This document shows, in pieces, positions 50,139 to 59,835 of a DNA stretch of 64,000 nt (the first letter of the stretch is position 1; every line of letters begins with the position of its first letter). The stretch is from NCBI GenBank assembly GCA_963796055.1, contig CAWCKH010000004.1, positions 2,592,001 to 2,656,000 on the forward strand, in the 5' to 3' direction. The notes under the pieces are model-generated. The model made no database searches, was not told the origin of the DNA, and was given only the letters and a program-made list of their open reading frames with translations. This DNA comes from an uncultured delta proteobacterium (GTDB lineage Bacteria > Myxococcota > Myxococcia > Myxococcales > Myxococcaceae). Position numbers and translations under genes: made by a program.

Positions 50139-53100
50139 TCAGGCGGCGACCCGCGAGGGGAACGGTCCGGGGGCGGGCGTGGCCGCAACCGCCGGCTCGC
50201 GCTCCACCTCCGGGGCGAGCAGCTCGTAGACCACCGGCGTCACCAGCCGGGTGAGGATGGTCGAGCTGAGCAGGCCGCCGATGATGACCCAGGCCAGCGG
50301 GGAGTAGAGCGACGAGTTCTCCAGCGCCAGCGGGAGGAGGCCGCCCAGGGCCGTGGCGGTGGTGAGGAGGATGGGGATGAAGCGCGTCTTCCCCGCCTCC
50401 TGGATCGCCTCGCGAAGCCCCATGCCCTTCGCCCGGAGCTGGTTGGTGAAGTCCACCAGGAGGATGGAGTTCTTCACCTCGATGCCGATCAGGGCGATGA
50501 AGCCGATCGCCGCGGTGAAGCTCAGGGTGTTGCCGGTGAGCCCGAGCGCCAGCACCCCGCCGATGATGCCCAGCGGGATCACCGAGGCGACGATCGCCGT
50601 GCTCTTGAAGGTCCGGAACTCGAGCACCAGCACCGCCAGCACTCCGAAGGCGGCGACGATGATCGCCGAGCCCAGCCCGCCGAAGCTCTCCTGCCGGCTC
50701 TCGTATTCGCCCGCGGGGACGATGCGGTAGCCCGGGGGGAGCTTCAGGCCCGCCACCTTGGCCAGCACCGCCCGGGTCACCTTGTCGGTGTTGTACCCGG
50801 GCTGCACGTCCGAGGTGAGGGTGATGCTCCGCTCCTTGTTGTAGTGGTTGATCGTGGTGGGCGAGCCCTCGAGCTCGAGACGCGAGAGCTGGCCCAGCGG
50901 CACCTGGCCCCCCAGCGCACTCGGGACGTAGACCCGGTCCAGCGCGTCGAGGCTCGGCCGCGCCTCGGCGCGGGGGAGCATCACGTTGATCTTGTACGCC
51001 TCGTCCACCTGCCCCTCGGCCCGGTAGCGACCCACCTCGATCCCCGCCAGCCCCATCCGGACGCTCCGGTCGAGGTCGACCAGGGCCACGCCCTGGAGCC
51101 CGGCCTTGTCCCGGTCGATGGACACCCGGAGGTCCGCCTTCCGCTCGGTGCTGGGGTTCCGGACGTAGGTCGTCCCCGGAACCTCCAGCAAGAGCTTCTC
51201 CACCTCGGCCGCCAGCGGCTCGAGGACCTCGAAGCGCTCCCCGATGACCCGCACCGCGACCGGGGCGTCGAGCGGGGGGCCGTTCTCGAACTCCTTGAGC
51301 TCGATCTTCGCCCCGGGGTACCGGGAGAACCGGCCGCGTAGCTCTGCGACGAGCCGGGCCATCTCCGCGGGGTGGAGGTCGGCGGTGGTGACGAAGACCT
51401 CGGCGATGTTCGACTTCTGGTTCTTCGGAGAGACGTTGTAATAATTGCGCGGGTTGCCCTCGCCCACGTTGGCCATCACCGCTCGCACCTCGCGCCGGGC
51501 GGCCAGCTGGTCCTCCACGAAACGCACCGCCTGATCCGTGGCCCCGAGGTTGCTCCCGTCGGGTGTCTCCACCATCACCATGAACTGCGGCAACCCAGCC
51601 TTGGGGAAGAGGCTGAAGCCGATCAGCGGGACCAGGGCCACGCTCCCGGCGAAGAGCGCCGTGGCGACTCCCACCGTGAGCCAGGGACGGGCCAGCGCCC
51701 GGTGCAGCACCCGCCGGTAGGACAGGTCCACCGCGCGGTTGAGCGTGCGGAGGAACCAGTTGCCCTCCGGGTGCTCCTCCCTGCGAAGCATCAGGCTGGC
51801 CAGGAAGGGGATGATGGTCAGCGAGACGAACAGCGAGGCCAGCACGGTGAACACCACCGCCATCAGCATGCTGCGGATGAAGAGCCCGGGCGCTCCGGGG
51901 AGGAAGAGCAGGGGGAGGAAGGCGAAGACCAGGGTCGCGGTGCAACCGAGCACCGAGACGCCGATCTGCCGGGTGGCCTCCACCGCGGCCTCGGTCCGCG
52001 AGTGCCCCTCGCGCAGGAAGCGGGTGATGTTCTCCACCACCACGATCGAGTCGTCGACCAGCAACCCGAGGGCGATGACGAAGCCCACGATGCTCAGCTG
52101 GTTGATGCTCAACCCAGCAGCGTGCAGCGCCGCCACCCCGATCGCCAGCGAGAGCGGGATGGAGATCATCACCACCAGCGCCGCCCGCCACCCCAGGGGC
52201 AGCAGGGTGAGCAGGACCAGCGCGATGGCCAGCCCGAAGTCGCGGACGAATCCGTCCAGCCGGTGGGCGACGTTACGCGCCTGATCGAACCCCACCTCCA
52301 GCTGCACCGACGGGGGGAGGTCGCGCCGGAAGTCGGCCAGCTGCTTCTCCAGCCCCTTCCGGGTCTGGAAGACGTTCTGCCCGTCCCGCTGGGCGACGGT
52401 GACGAACACCGCGCGCCGGCCGTCGAAGCGACCGAGGTGCGTGGCCTCCGAGTCCCGGAGCTCCACGTGCGCCACGTCGCGCAGCCGGACCAGCGCCTCG
52501 CCCCGCGCCGCCACCACCGTGTCCTCCACCTGGGCGATGGAGGCGTAGTCGCCGCTGGTCTTCACGTTGAACTTGCGCTTGCCCACGTCGACGCTTCCGG
52601 CGGGGATGTTGGCGTTGGTCGCCTGGATCGCGCCGACGACTTGCAGCGGGGCGATGCCCAGTGCCGCCAGCCGCTCGAGGTCCAGCGCCACCCGGACCTC
52701 CTGGACCGGGTACGCCCAGCGCGCGGCGTCCTTGGTGCCCGGGACCGTGTCCAGGCGCTTCTTCAGCCGGTCGGCCATTTGCTGGAGGCTCAGGTACGAG
52801 GCGGTGTCCGAGACCAGCGCCACCTGGAGGATGTTCACGTTGGAGGCGTTGAACTTCTTGACCTCGATGCTCTGGAGATCGGCGGGAAGGGTGGGGCGGA
52901 GGGCGTTCAGCTCGCGCAGCACGTCGTCGTACTTCCGGTCGGGATCGGTCCCGGCGTTGAACTCGATGTTCAGGACCGCCAGCCCGTCGCTCATCTCCGA
53001 CCTGAGCGTCTTCACGTCGTCGAGCGCCTTGAGCTTGGCCTCGATGGGATCGACCACCAGCTTCTCGAGGTCGGTGGGCACCGCCCCCGGGTAGACCACG

Positions 53101-53243
53101 GCGATGGAGAAGTTGGGGTAGGGGAAGCTCGGGTCCTCGGCCTTGGGGATGCTGAGCAGGGACGACCCGCCGAGGGCGGCGAGCATCCCGAAGACCACCA
53201 CCGTGAACTGCCAGCGACGGACGGAGAACGCGGCGAGGTTCAT
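50139..53243 (-). CDS. RND efflux permease (AcrB family)
   Basis: 1034 aa; GLLVDDSIVVVEN, KNSILLVDF, RFIPILLT. Confidence 0.95.
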   Translation of the reverse strand: MNLAAFSVRRWQFTVVVFGMLAALGGSSLLSIPKAEDPSFPYPNFSIAVVYPGAVPTDLEKLVVDPIEAKLKALDDVKTLRSEMSDGLAVLNIEFNAGTDPDRKYDDVLRELNALRPTLPADLQSIEVKKFNASNVNILQVALVSDTASYLSLQQMADRLKKRLDTVPGTKDAARWAYPVQEVRVALDLERLAALGIAPLQVVGAIQATNANIPAGSVDVGKRKFNVKTSGDYASIAQVEDTVVAARGEALVRLRDVAHVELRDSEATHLGRFDGRRAVFVTVAQRDGQNVFQTRKGLEKQLADFRRDLPPSVQLEVGFDQARNVAHRLDGFVRDFGLAIALVLLTLLPLGWRAALVVMISIPLSLAIGVAALHAAGLSINQLSIVGFVIALGLLVDDSIVVVENITRFLREGHSRTEAAVEATRQIGVSVLGCTATLVFAFLPLLFLPGAPGLFIRSMLMAVVFTVLASLFVSLTIIPFLASLMLRREEHPEGNWFLRTLNRAVDLSYRRVLHRALARPWLTVGVATALFAGSVALVPLIGFSLFPKAGLPQFMVMVETPDGSNLGATDQAVRFVEDQLAARREVRAVMANVGEGNPRNYYNVSPKNQKSNIAEVFVTTADLHPAEMARLVAELRGRFSRYPGAKIELKEFENGPPLDAPVAVRVIGERFEVLEPLAAEVEKLLLEVPGTTYVRNPSTERKADLRVSIDRDKAGLQGVALVDLDRSVRMGLAGIEVGRYRAEGQVDEAYKINVMLPRAEARPSLDALDRVYVPSALGGQVPLGQLSRLELEGSPTTINHYNKERSITLTSDVQPGYNTDKVTRAVLAKVAGLKLPPGYRIVPAGEYESRQESFGGLGSAIIVAAFGVLAVLVLEFRTFKSTAIVASVIPLGIIGGVLALGLTGNTLSFTAAIGFIALIGIEVKNSILLVDFTNQLRAKGMGLREAIQEAGKTRFIPILLTTATALGGLLPLALENSSLYSPLAWVIIGGLLSSTILTRLVTPVVYELLAPEVEREPAVAATPAPGPFPSRVAA

Positions 53244-54292
53244 GGCTGGCCTCGCTGCACCCGCGCCACGGGCAGACCCGGCCGGAGATAGGGGGCGCCG
53301 TCGGTCACCACCTCGGTGACCTGGTCGAGCCCCTGGAGCACTGCGACGCGCGGTCCCTCGATGAAGCCGATGGTGACCGGCACCCTGCGGGCGCGGCTGT
53401 CGCCGGCAGAGACCGTGTACACCGCCGCGGTGCGCCCGCTGCCCTCGACCAGCGCCTCGACCGGCACGGCCCAGACCTCGGGCGGCGCCCCGGGGACGAT
53501 CTCCACCTTGGCCACCAGGCCCGACAGGAGGCTCGCCCCGGCGGGGTTCACCGCCACCTCGACCTCGAAGGTCCCGGTCTGCGGTGATGCCCCGCCGGCG
53601 ATCTCGGTCACCCGTGCGGAGAAGGTCCGGTCGGGGAAGGCGTCGAAGCGGACCGTCGCCGGGTCACCCAGTCGGACCTGGACCGCGTCCCGATCGCTGA
53701 GGCCCAGCTTCACCACCCAGCCGCGGGTCGCGCCGCGGACCAGCAGCACCGGGGTGCCCGCGCCGACCTGCTCGTGGGCCTCCACCAGCCGGCGCTGCAC
53801 CTGTCCGTCGTCGGGGGCACGCAGCTCGGAGACCACCCGGGCATGGCGCGCCTGGCGGAGGGCGGCGCGCGCGACCTCGACCGAGGTCTCGGCGTCCTGG
53901 AGGCTGACCCGGGCGACGGCCCCGGCGGTCGCCAGCCCCGCGATGCGCGCCCGGTCCCGCTCGGCCTTCTCGTAGGAAGCGGTCGCCTGGACCAGCGCGG
54001 CGTCGGCGTCGAGGGTGTCGAGGGTGGCCAGCACCTGGCCGCGACGGACCGCCTGGCCTTCGCGGACCAGGATCCGGTCCACGGTGCCACTGCTCCGGAA
54101 GGCGAGCGCCATCTCCTGCTTGCCCCCGAGTCGCCCTGCCGCGCGGATCGGCCGGAGCACCTTCTCCCGCACCACCGGCGCGGTGCGCACGGCGATGGGT
54201 GCGGGGGCAGCAGGGGGAGGCGCCGGCCGGGCGCAGCCGACCAGGAGCGAGACGAGACCGAGGACCAGCAGCGCGACACGGCGGAAGGACAT
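53240..54292 (-). CDS. RND membrane fusion lipoprotein
   Basis: Lipobox LVGC; ELRAPDDG; overlaps the permease start. Confidence 0.92.
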   Translation of the reverse strand: MSFRRVALLVLGLVSLLVGCARPAPPPAAPAPIAVRTAPVVREKVLRPIRAAGRLGGKQEMALAFRSSGTVDRILVREGQAVRRGQVLATLDTLDADAALVQATASYEKAERDRARIAGLATAGAVARVSLQDAETSVEVARAALRQARHARVVSELRAPDDGQVQRRLVEAHEQVGAGTPVLLVRGATRGWVVKLGLSDRDAVQVRLGDPATVRFDAFPDRTFSARVTEIAGGASPQTGTFEVEVAVNPAGASLLSGLVAKVEIVPGAPPEVWAVPVEALVEGSGRTAAVYTVSAGDSRARRVPVTIGFIEGPRVAVLQGLDQVTEVVTDGAPYLRPGLPVARVQRGQP

Positions 54293-54333
54293 GGCCGACC
54301 TCCTGAATGTGGCTGGTGGTAACTCCATGATGT

Positions 54334-54354
54334 AGTCAGCGTCAACTTAAGTTG
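54334..54354. promoter_or_regulatory. Candidate operator upstream of RND operon
   Basis: Perfect palindrome CAACTTAAGTTG (54343-54354) overlapping imperfect AGTCAGCGTCAACT in an AT-rich patch. Confidence 0.45.
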
Positions 54355-54439
54355 CTTGGACTCGCAAGAGCGCGAAACCAGGGTCTGCCTCACCCGGGCG
54401 AGGCGCACGCAAGGTCACCCGGTCGCGAGAACCGGTGTC

Positions 54440-54931
54440 TCAGCGGCGGTGATCGCCCGGAGCGGACGTTCCTCGGTCGGCCGAACCGGAGAACACCCGG
54501 AGCACCCGGAGCTCGAGCGAGTCGCGCGGACGCTCCACGACCACGGCATCCCCCGCGCGGCGTCCAAGGAGGGCCGCTCCGAGGGGCGAATCCACCCGCA
54601 CCCATCCGCGTGCTGCGTCCGCCTCGTCCCCGCCGACCAGTCGGAGCTCGCGGCGCGCTCCGTCGGCGCCCTCCACCTCCAGGAATGCCCCGAGCACCGC
54701 CCGGCCATCGGCGCCCGCGTCCGCCGCCGCCGGAACGGCCCGCTCCAGCAGCGCATCGAGCGCGCGGCGGCGCTCCTCCGCCCCCGGGGCGTCCGAACCC
54801 TTCAGCGCCGAACGTTCACGCAGCAACCTGGCGTGCCCGTCCGCCGTGAGCGGACGCGGTCCCACCGGACCCCGGCGCACGGGCTCCGGTGACGGCAGGG
54901 AATCGTCCTCACGGGTGAACGCCTTGCTCAT
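54440..54931 (-). CDS. GreA/GreB-family elongation factor (short form)
   Basis: MSKAFTRED, LVGGDEAD, DSPLGAALLGRRAGD. Confidence 0.85.
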   Translation of the reverse strand: MSKAFTREDDSLPSPEPVRRGPVGPRPLTADGHARLLRERSALKGSDAPGAEERRRALDALLERAVPAAADAGADGRAVLGAFLEVEGADGARRELRLVGGDEADAARGWVRVDSPLGAALLGRRAGDAVVVERPRDSLELRVLRVFSGSADRGTSAPGDHRR

Positions 54932-55000
54932 GGCACCGTGGGGAACGGTGGGCATCCTCCAGGGGCCGAGTCAACCGGGTTAGACTTCCGGGTGAGTCGT

Positions 55001-56161
55001 ATGACGCTGGACCCCATCGCGCTGTCCGTTCCGGTCTTCTTCCTTCTCATCGGGCTCGAGCTGCTCGTCGCGCGCGCCCGTCGCCGGCGCGTCTACCGCT
55101 TCACCGACAGCTTCGCCGACCTGGGCTGCGGCGTGACCCAGCGGGTGGTCCTGCTGCTCTTCGAGGTTTCGCTGCTCGGCGTCTACGCGCTGGTGCATGC
55201 GCACGCGCGGCTCTGGACCTTCGCCCCGGGCAGCGTCTGGCCATGGCTCATCGCCATCGTCGGGGTGGACCTCGGCTACTACTGGTGGCACCGGCTGTCC
55301 CACGAGGTGAACCTCCTCTGGGCCGTGCACGTCGTCCACCATCAGAGCGAGGACTACAACCTCGCGGTGGCGCTCCGGCAGGCGGTGCTCTCGCCGGTGA
55401 CCGTGCTGCCGTTCTATCTGCCGCTGGCGGTGCTCGGCGTCCCGCTGACTGTGTTCTACCTCGTCAACGCGCTGAGCACGCTGTACCAGTTCTGGATCCA
55501 TACCGAGCTGGTGGAGCGGCTGGGATTCCTGGAGCAGGTGATCAACACCCCCTCGCTCCACCGGGTGCACCACGGCGTCAACCCGGAGTACCTCGATCGC
55601 AACTACGCCGCGACCTTCATCTGCTGGGATCAGCTGTTTGGAACCCTCCGCCGTGAGGAGGCCCCGGTGGTGTACGGCGTGAGCCATCCGCTGCGGAGCT
55701 TCGACCCCGTCTGGGCGCAGGTGCAGCCGCTGTGGGCGCTGGTGGAGGCGGTCCGGCAGGCGCCGACGGCTCGCGAGGCGATCCGGTTCCTGTTCGCCTC
55801 GCCGGCCTGGCACCCCGCGTGGCTGGGGCCAGTCCCGCCCCTTCGCGGCGTCGACCCGGAGGCCCTCCCCAAGTTCGACGTGCATCCTGGCCGCCGGCGC
55901 CTCGGCTACGTCGCGGCGCAGCTGGTGCCGGTCGTCGTGGTCGCCTTCGCGCTCCTCACCTGGCACCAGGCACTGTCCATCCCCGCGCTGGTGACCGCGG
56001 TGGCCTGGGTGCTGGTCTCGCTGGTGGCCGGGGCGGCGCTGCTCGAGGGGCGGCGCTGGGCGGTGGGGCTGGAGGTGGCGCGGATCGGCGTCCTCGCGGC
56101 TGCACTCGCGCTGGTGGCCTTCCTCCCCTCGCTCGGGCCAGTGCTGCTGGCGTCCCGCTGA
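55001..56161 (+). CDS. Sterol desaturase family, alkylglycerol monooxygenase-like
   Basis: YYWWHRLSH, HVVHHQSEDYNLAVALRQ, YQFWIHTE, HRVHHG, YLDRNYA. Confidence 0.88.
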   Translation: MTLDPIALSVPVFFLLIGLELLVARARRRRVYRFTDSFADLGCGVTQRVVLLLFEVSLLGVYALVHAHARLWTFAPGSVWPWLIAIVGVDLGYYWWHRLSHEVNLLWAVHVVHHQSEDYNLAVALRQAVLSPVTVLPFYLPLAVLGVPLTVFYLVNALSTLYQFWIHTELVERLGFLEQVINTPSLHRVHHGVNPEYLDRNYAATFICWDQLFGTLRREEAPVVYGVSHPLRSFDPVWAQVQPLWALVEAVRQAPTAREAIRFLFASPAWHPAWLGPVPPLRGVDPEALPKFDVHPGRRRLGYVAAQLVPVVVVAFALLTWHQALSIPALVTAVAWVLVSLVAGAALLEGRRWAVGLEVARIGVLAAALALVAFLPSLGPVLLASR

Positions 56162-56287
56162 GCAGCCCCCGGTCTGTTGCCCGAGCAACGATCCTCCGCG
56201 GGCAGCGGTCTCTCATTGACACGCCGGTCCGCCTCCGGAACTCTGCGTCCCCCCTTGCTGCACTCGTCACCCCGGGGAGGTGCGGAC

Positions 56288-57541
56288 ATGAGAAGCAGGC
56301 GGCAATTCCTGAAGGAGCTGGCAGGCGGAGCGGCGCTGCTCGGATCCGGTGCGCTGCTCCCCTCGCCGCTGGGCGCCGCAACATCTCCCGTCCCGGAGGG
56401 GCTTCCGGCCGGTCCGGCAGGGCTACCGGCGGGGACCCTCGAGACCTCGTTCCTGGAGGCGCTTCCCGGGAAGCGGCCCCTCATCAAGCGAACCTACCGG
56501 CCGCCGAACTTCGAGACGCCGCTGGAGGTCTTCGATCAGATCCTCACCCCCAACGATGCCTTCTTCGTCCGTTACCACCTCTCGCAGATCCCCCAGGTCT
56601 CGGCTACGGAGTGGAAGCTGCAGATCGGCGGCGACTCGGTGGAGAAGCCGTTCACCCTGGACCTCCCCTCGCTCCAGCGTGACTTCGAGCAGGTCGAGCT
56701 CGTGGCTGTCTGCCAGTGCTCGGGCAACCGCCGCGGCCTGTCCGAACCGCACGTGGCGGGCGTCGAATGGGGCATCGGGGCCATGGGCAACGCCCGCTGG
56801 AAGGGCGTTCGCCTCAAGGACGTGCTGGCCAAGGCGGGGGTGAAGAAGGAGGCCCTGGAGGTCGTGTCGAACGGCACCGACCACCCTGCGATCGAGGCCA
56901 CCCCGGACTTCATGAAGTGCATCCCGATCTGGAAGGCGATGGACGAGAACACGCTGCTCGTCTGGCAGATGAATGGCGAGCCGCTGCCCCACTTCAACGG
57001 GGCGCCGGTCCGGATGATCGTCCCCGGGTGGACCTCCACCTACTGGATGAAGCACATCGTCTCGATCCAGGTGGTGTCCCAGCCGTTCAAGAACTTCTGG
57101 ATGACGACCGCCTACCGGATCCCCAAGGGCAAGTTCCCGGTGGTGGACCGGTTCCTCTCCCAGGAGACGGACGTCAACACGCCGATCACCGACATCGTGG
57201 TGAACTCGTTGCTCACCAGTCCCCGCCAGGGGCAGCGCGTTCGCCCCGGACAGCCGGTCGAGGTGAAGGGGATCGCCTGGGACAACGGGAGCGGGATCCA
57301 GGGGGTAGAGATCTCCGCCGACGGCGGCAAGAGCTGGCAGAGCGCGACGCTCGACCAGGACATGGGCCGTTACTCGTTCCGCGGCTTCCACCACCGGCTC
57401 AAGGCCGGTGCCAAGGGCGAGGTGACGGTCATGGCCAAGGCCACCAACCGGATGGGGGCCTCGCAGGTCTCGGACCTGATCTTCAATCCCGCCGGGTACC
57501 ACAACAACGTCATCTCCCGGGTCACGGTCCGGGTCGGATAG
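56288..57541 (+). CDS. sorA: Sulfite:cytochrome c oxidoreductase molybdopterin subunit (SorA-like)
   Basis: Tat SRRQFL; RPPNFETP, FFVRYH, CQCSGNRR, FNPAGYHNN. Confidence 0.85.
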   Translation: MRSRRQFLKELAGGAALLGSGALLPSPLGAATSPVPEGLPAGPAGLPAGTLETSFLEALPGKRPLIKRTYRPPNFETPLEVFDQILTPNDAFFVRYHLSQIPQVSATEWKLQIGGDSVEKPFTLDLPSLQRDFEQVELVAVCQCSGNRRGLSEPHVAGVEWGIGAMGNARWKGVRLKDVLAKAGVKKEALEVVSNGTDHPAIEATPDFMKCIPIWKAMDENTLLVWQMNGEPLPHFNGAPVRMIVPGWTSTYWMKHIVSIQVVSQPFKNFWMTTAYRIPKGKFPVVDRFLSQETDVNTPITDIVVNSLLTSPRQGQRVRPGQPVEVKGIAWDNGSGIQGVEISADGGKSWQSATLDQDMGRYSFRGFHHRLKAGAKGEVTVMAKATNRMGASQVSDLIFNPAGYHNNVISRVTVRVG

Positions 57542-57551
57542 GGGCACGCCG

Positions 57552-57830
57552 ATGAGCTCGCTGATCGTCCTTGCCCTCCTCGCCGCGGCGCCGGGCTACC
57601 CCGACGAGAACCGGGTCCAGCTGAAGGAAGGACCGGACCGGAACCTGGTTCTCGGTCGCTGCGCCGCCTGCCACAGCCAGGACTACATCCCGATGAACTC
57701 GCCGTTCCTGGACCGCAAGGGCTGGGAGGCCGAGGTCAACAAGATGGTGAAGGTGCTGGGCGCGCCGATGGAGCCTGGAGAGGTGGCGAAGATTGTCGAT
57801 TACCTCTCCGCCAACTACGGGAAGAAGTAG
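57552..57830 (+). CDS. sorB: Monoheme cytochrome c (SorB-like)
   Basis: CAACHSQDY...WEAEVNKM; follows sorA. Confidence 0.85.
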   Translation: MSSLIVLALLAAAPGYPDENRVQLKEGPDRNLVLGRCAACHSQDYIPMNSPFLDRKGWEAEVNKMVKVLGAPMEPGEVAKIVDYLSANYGKK

Positions 57831-57875
57831 CGCGCGCTGGCCGGGCCGGCGGCGCGGACTAGGCTCCGCCGCCCC

Positions 57876-58922
57876 ATGGACCGGACGAGACTCGACGGCG
57901 CGCAGATCTTCTCCTGGCTCCTGGTGGGGCTGGCCCTGGTGCTGCTCTGGGCCATCCTCCGGCCGTTCTGGTCCGCGCTGTTGCTGGCGGCGGTACTGGC
58001 CGGCGTCTTCTCCGGACTGCAGCAGCGGCTGACGAGGAAAGTCGGAGGCCACGCGGGGCTCGCCGCAGGGCTGCTGACCCTGCTGGTGCTCCTGGCCATC
58101 GTGCTCCCGTTCGGCGGGATCGTGGGGGTGCTCACCAAGGAGATCATCCAGGTGATCGACTCGCTGCGCTCGAGCCTCCAGGAGAGCGGCGTCTCGGGCC
58201 TCGTGGAGCGGCTCCCCGGGCCATTGCGGTGGCTGGCCGAGCGCGCGCTGCAGGCGGCGGGCGGCGGCGAGGGGTGGGTGCGGATGGTGCAGGCGCAGAG
58301 CGGGAAGGCGGCCACCGCGGCCACCGCATTCCTTTCCGCGACCTCGCGGGCTCTGGTCGAGGCAGTGCTGATGCTCATCGCCTTCTACTTCCTGCTGCTC
58401 GACGGCCAGCGGCTGGTGGTCTGGCTCGAGCGCGCGGCGCCGCTCCCGCGCGGGCGCTTCCGCAGCTTCTTGAGCGAGTTCCGGGCCGTGTCCCGGGCGG
58501 TGGTCATCTCCACGGTCGGCACCGGGGCGGTACAGGCCGCGGCAGCGCTGGTGGGCTACCTCATCGCCCGGGTCCCCAACGCTCTCTTTTTCACCCTGGT
58601 GACGTTCTTCATGTCGTTCATTCCCTCGGTGGGCGCGGGAAGTGTGCCGGTGCTGGTCTCGGTGGTGCTCTTCGCCCAGGGCCGCATCGGATGGGGCATC
58701 TTCATGCTGCTCTGGGGCATCCTGGTGGTCGGGCTCATCGACAACGTGGTGAAGCCGCTGCTCATCAAGGGCGGGGTGGAGATGCACGGGGCGGTGGTGT
58801 TCTTCGCCCTGCTCGGTGGGCTGGCAGCGTTCGGAGCAGTGGGGCTGGTCGCCGGGCCGCTGGTGGTGGCCTTCTTCGTCGCCGTCACCCGCTCGGCGCG
58901 TTCGCCCGCCACCGCGAGCTGA
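57876..58922 (+). CDS. AI-2E family transporter
   Basis: IDNVVKPLLI, GGLAAFGAVGLVAGP. Confidence 0.9.
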   Translation: MDRTRLDGAQIFSWLLVGLALVLLWAILRPFWSALLLAAVLAGVFSGLQQRLTRKVGGHAGLAAGLLTLLVLLAIVLPFGGIVGVLTKEIIQVIDSLRSSLQESGVSGLVERLPGPLRWLAERALQAAGGGEGWVRMVQAQSGKAATAATAFLSATSRALVEAVLMLIAFYFLLLDGQRLVVWLERAAPLPRGRFRSFLSEFRAVSRAVVISTVGTGAVQAAAALVGYLIARVPNALFFTLVTFFMSFIPSVGAGSVPVLVSVVLFAQGRIGWGIFMLLWGILVVGLIDNVVKPLLIKGGVEMHGAVVFFALLGGLAAFGAVGLVAGPLVVAFFVAVTRSARSPATAS

Positions 58923-58928
58923 CCCGTC

Positions 58929-59735
58929 TCATCCCTGCGCCTCGAGGAAGGCACGCAGCTCGCTGGTGACCGCCTCCGGCGCGTCGATGGGCGACATGTG
59001 GCCGGCGCGGGGGATGCGCACCAGTCGCGCGCCGGTGATGCCGGCCGCCACCTCCGCGGCCCGGGCGGGCACCGCCGCCGTGTCCTCCTCGCCCACCATC
59101 ACCAGCGTCGGGCAACGGATGCGGGGGAGCAGCGGCATGACGCCCTCGCGGCGGAGCACGCCCTCCACCGCGCGCGGCATCGCCACCCGGTCGAGCGACA
59201 GCAGATGCTCGCGCCATCGTCGCAGGTCCGCAGCGCAGGCCGGATCGCGGCGGGCGCTCTCGCCGTGCATGATCGCCATCACCCGGCCCACCACGGGCCG
59301 CACCCCGATCCAGCGCGCGACCCACTCCAGCCGGCGGTAGCGCGGCAGGTTCTCCGGAGGCTCCGGGCCGGCCGAAGTGTCGAGCAGCGCGAGCGACCGC
59401 ACCAACTCGGGACGCCGCGCCGCCAGGCGCATTCCCACGAAGCCGCCCATCGACTGTCCCACGAAGTGCAGCGGGCCGATGCGCAGCGACTCGATGAGCG
59501 CCACCGCGTCGTCGGTCAAGGTGTCCATGTCGAGGCCGCTGGCCGGCGTCTCGCTCTGGCCCTGGCCGCGGTGGTCGTAGGCGATGCAGCGGAAGCGGGT
59601 GCGCAGCGCGGCGATCTGCGCGTCCCACATCCGCAGAGAATAGAGCAGGCCGTGGGAGAACAGCACCGCCGCACCGCCTCCACCCGAGTCCTCGACCGCG
59701 AGCTCGACACCATTGCAGCGGATGCGGGTCGCCAT
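58929..59735 (-). CDS. Alpha/beta hydrolase
   Basis: SHG, DHRGQGQS, GQSMGG, GEED, AGH. Confidence 0.92.
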   Translation of the reverse strand: MATRIRCNGVELAVEDSGGGGAAVLFSHGLLYSLRMWDAQIAALRTRFRCIAYDHRGQGQSETPASGLDMDTLTDDAVALIESLRIGPLHFVGQSMGGFVGMRLAARRPELVRSLALLDTSAGPEPPENLPRYRRLEWVARWIGVRPVVGRVMAIMHGESARRDPACAADLRRWREHLLSLDRVAMPRAVEGVLRREGVMPLLPRIRCPTLVMVGEEDTAAVPARAAEVAAGITGARLVRIPRAGHMSPIDAPEAVTSELRAFLEAQG

Positions 59736-59835
59736 CGAGCGGTAGCCTAGTCCTCCGCCCAGCCCGGTGCCCTGGTGAATAGCGGCGCACGGCACGGCGT
59801 CTCGCCAGCAGGCAAGGGAAGGACGGAAAGCGACG

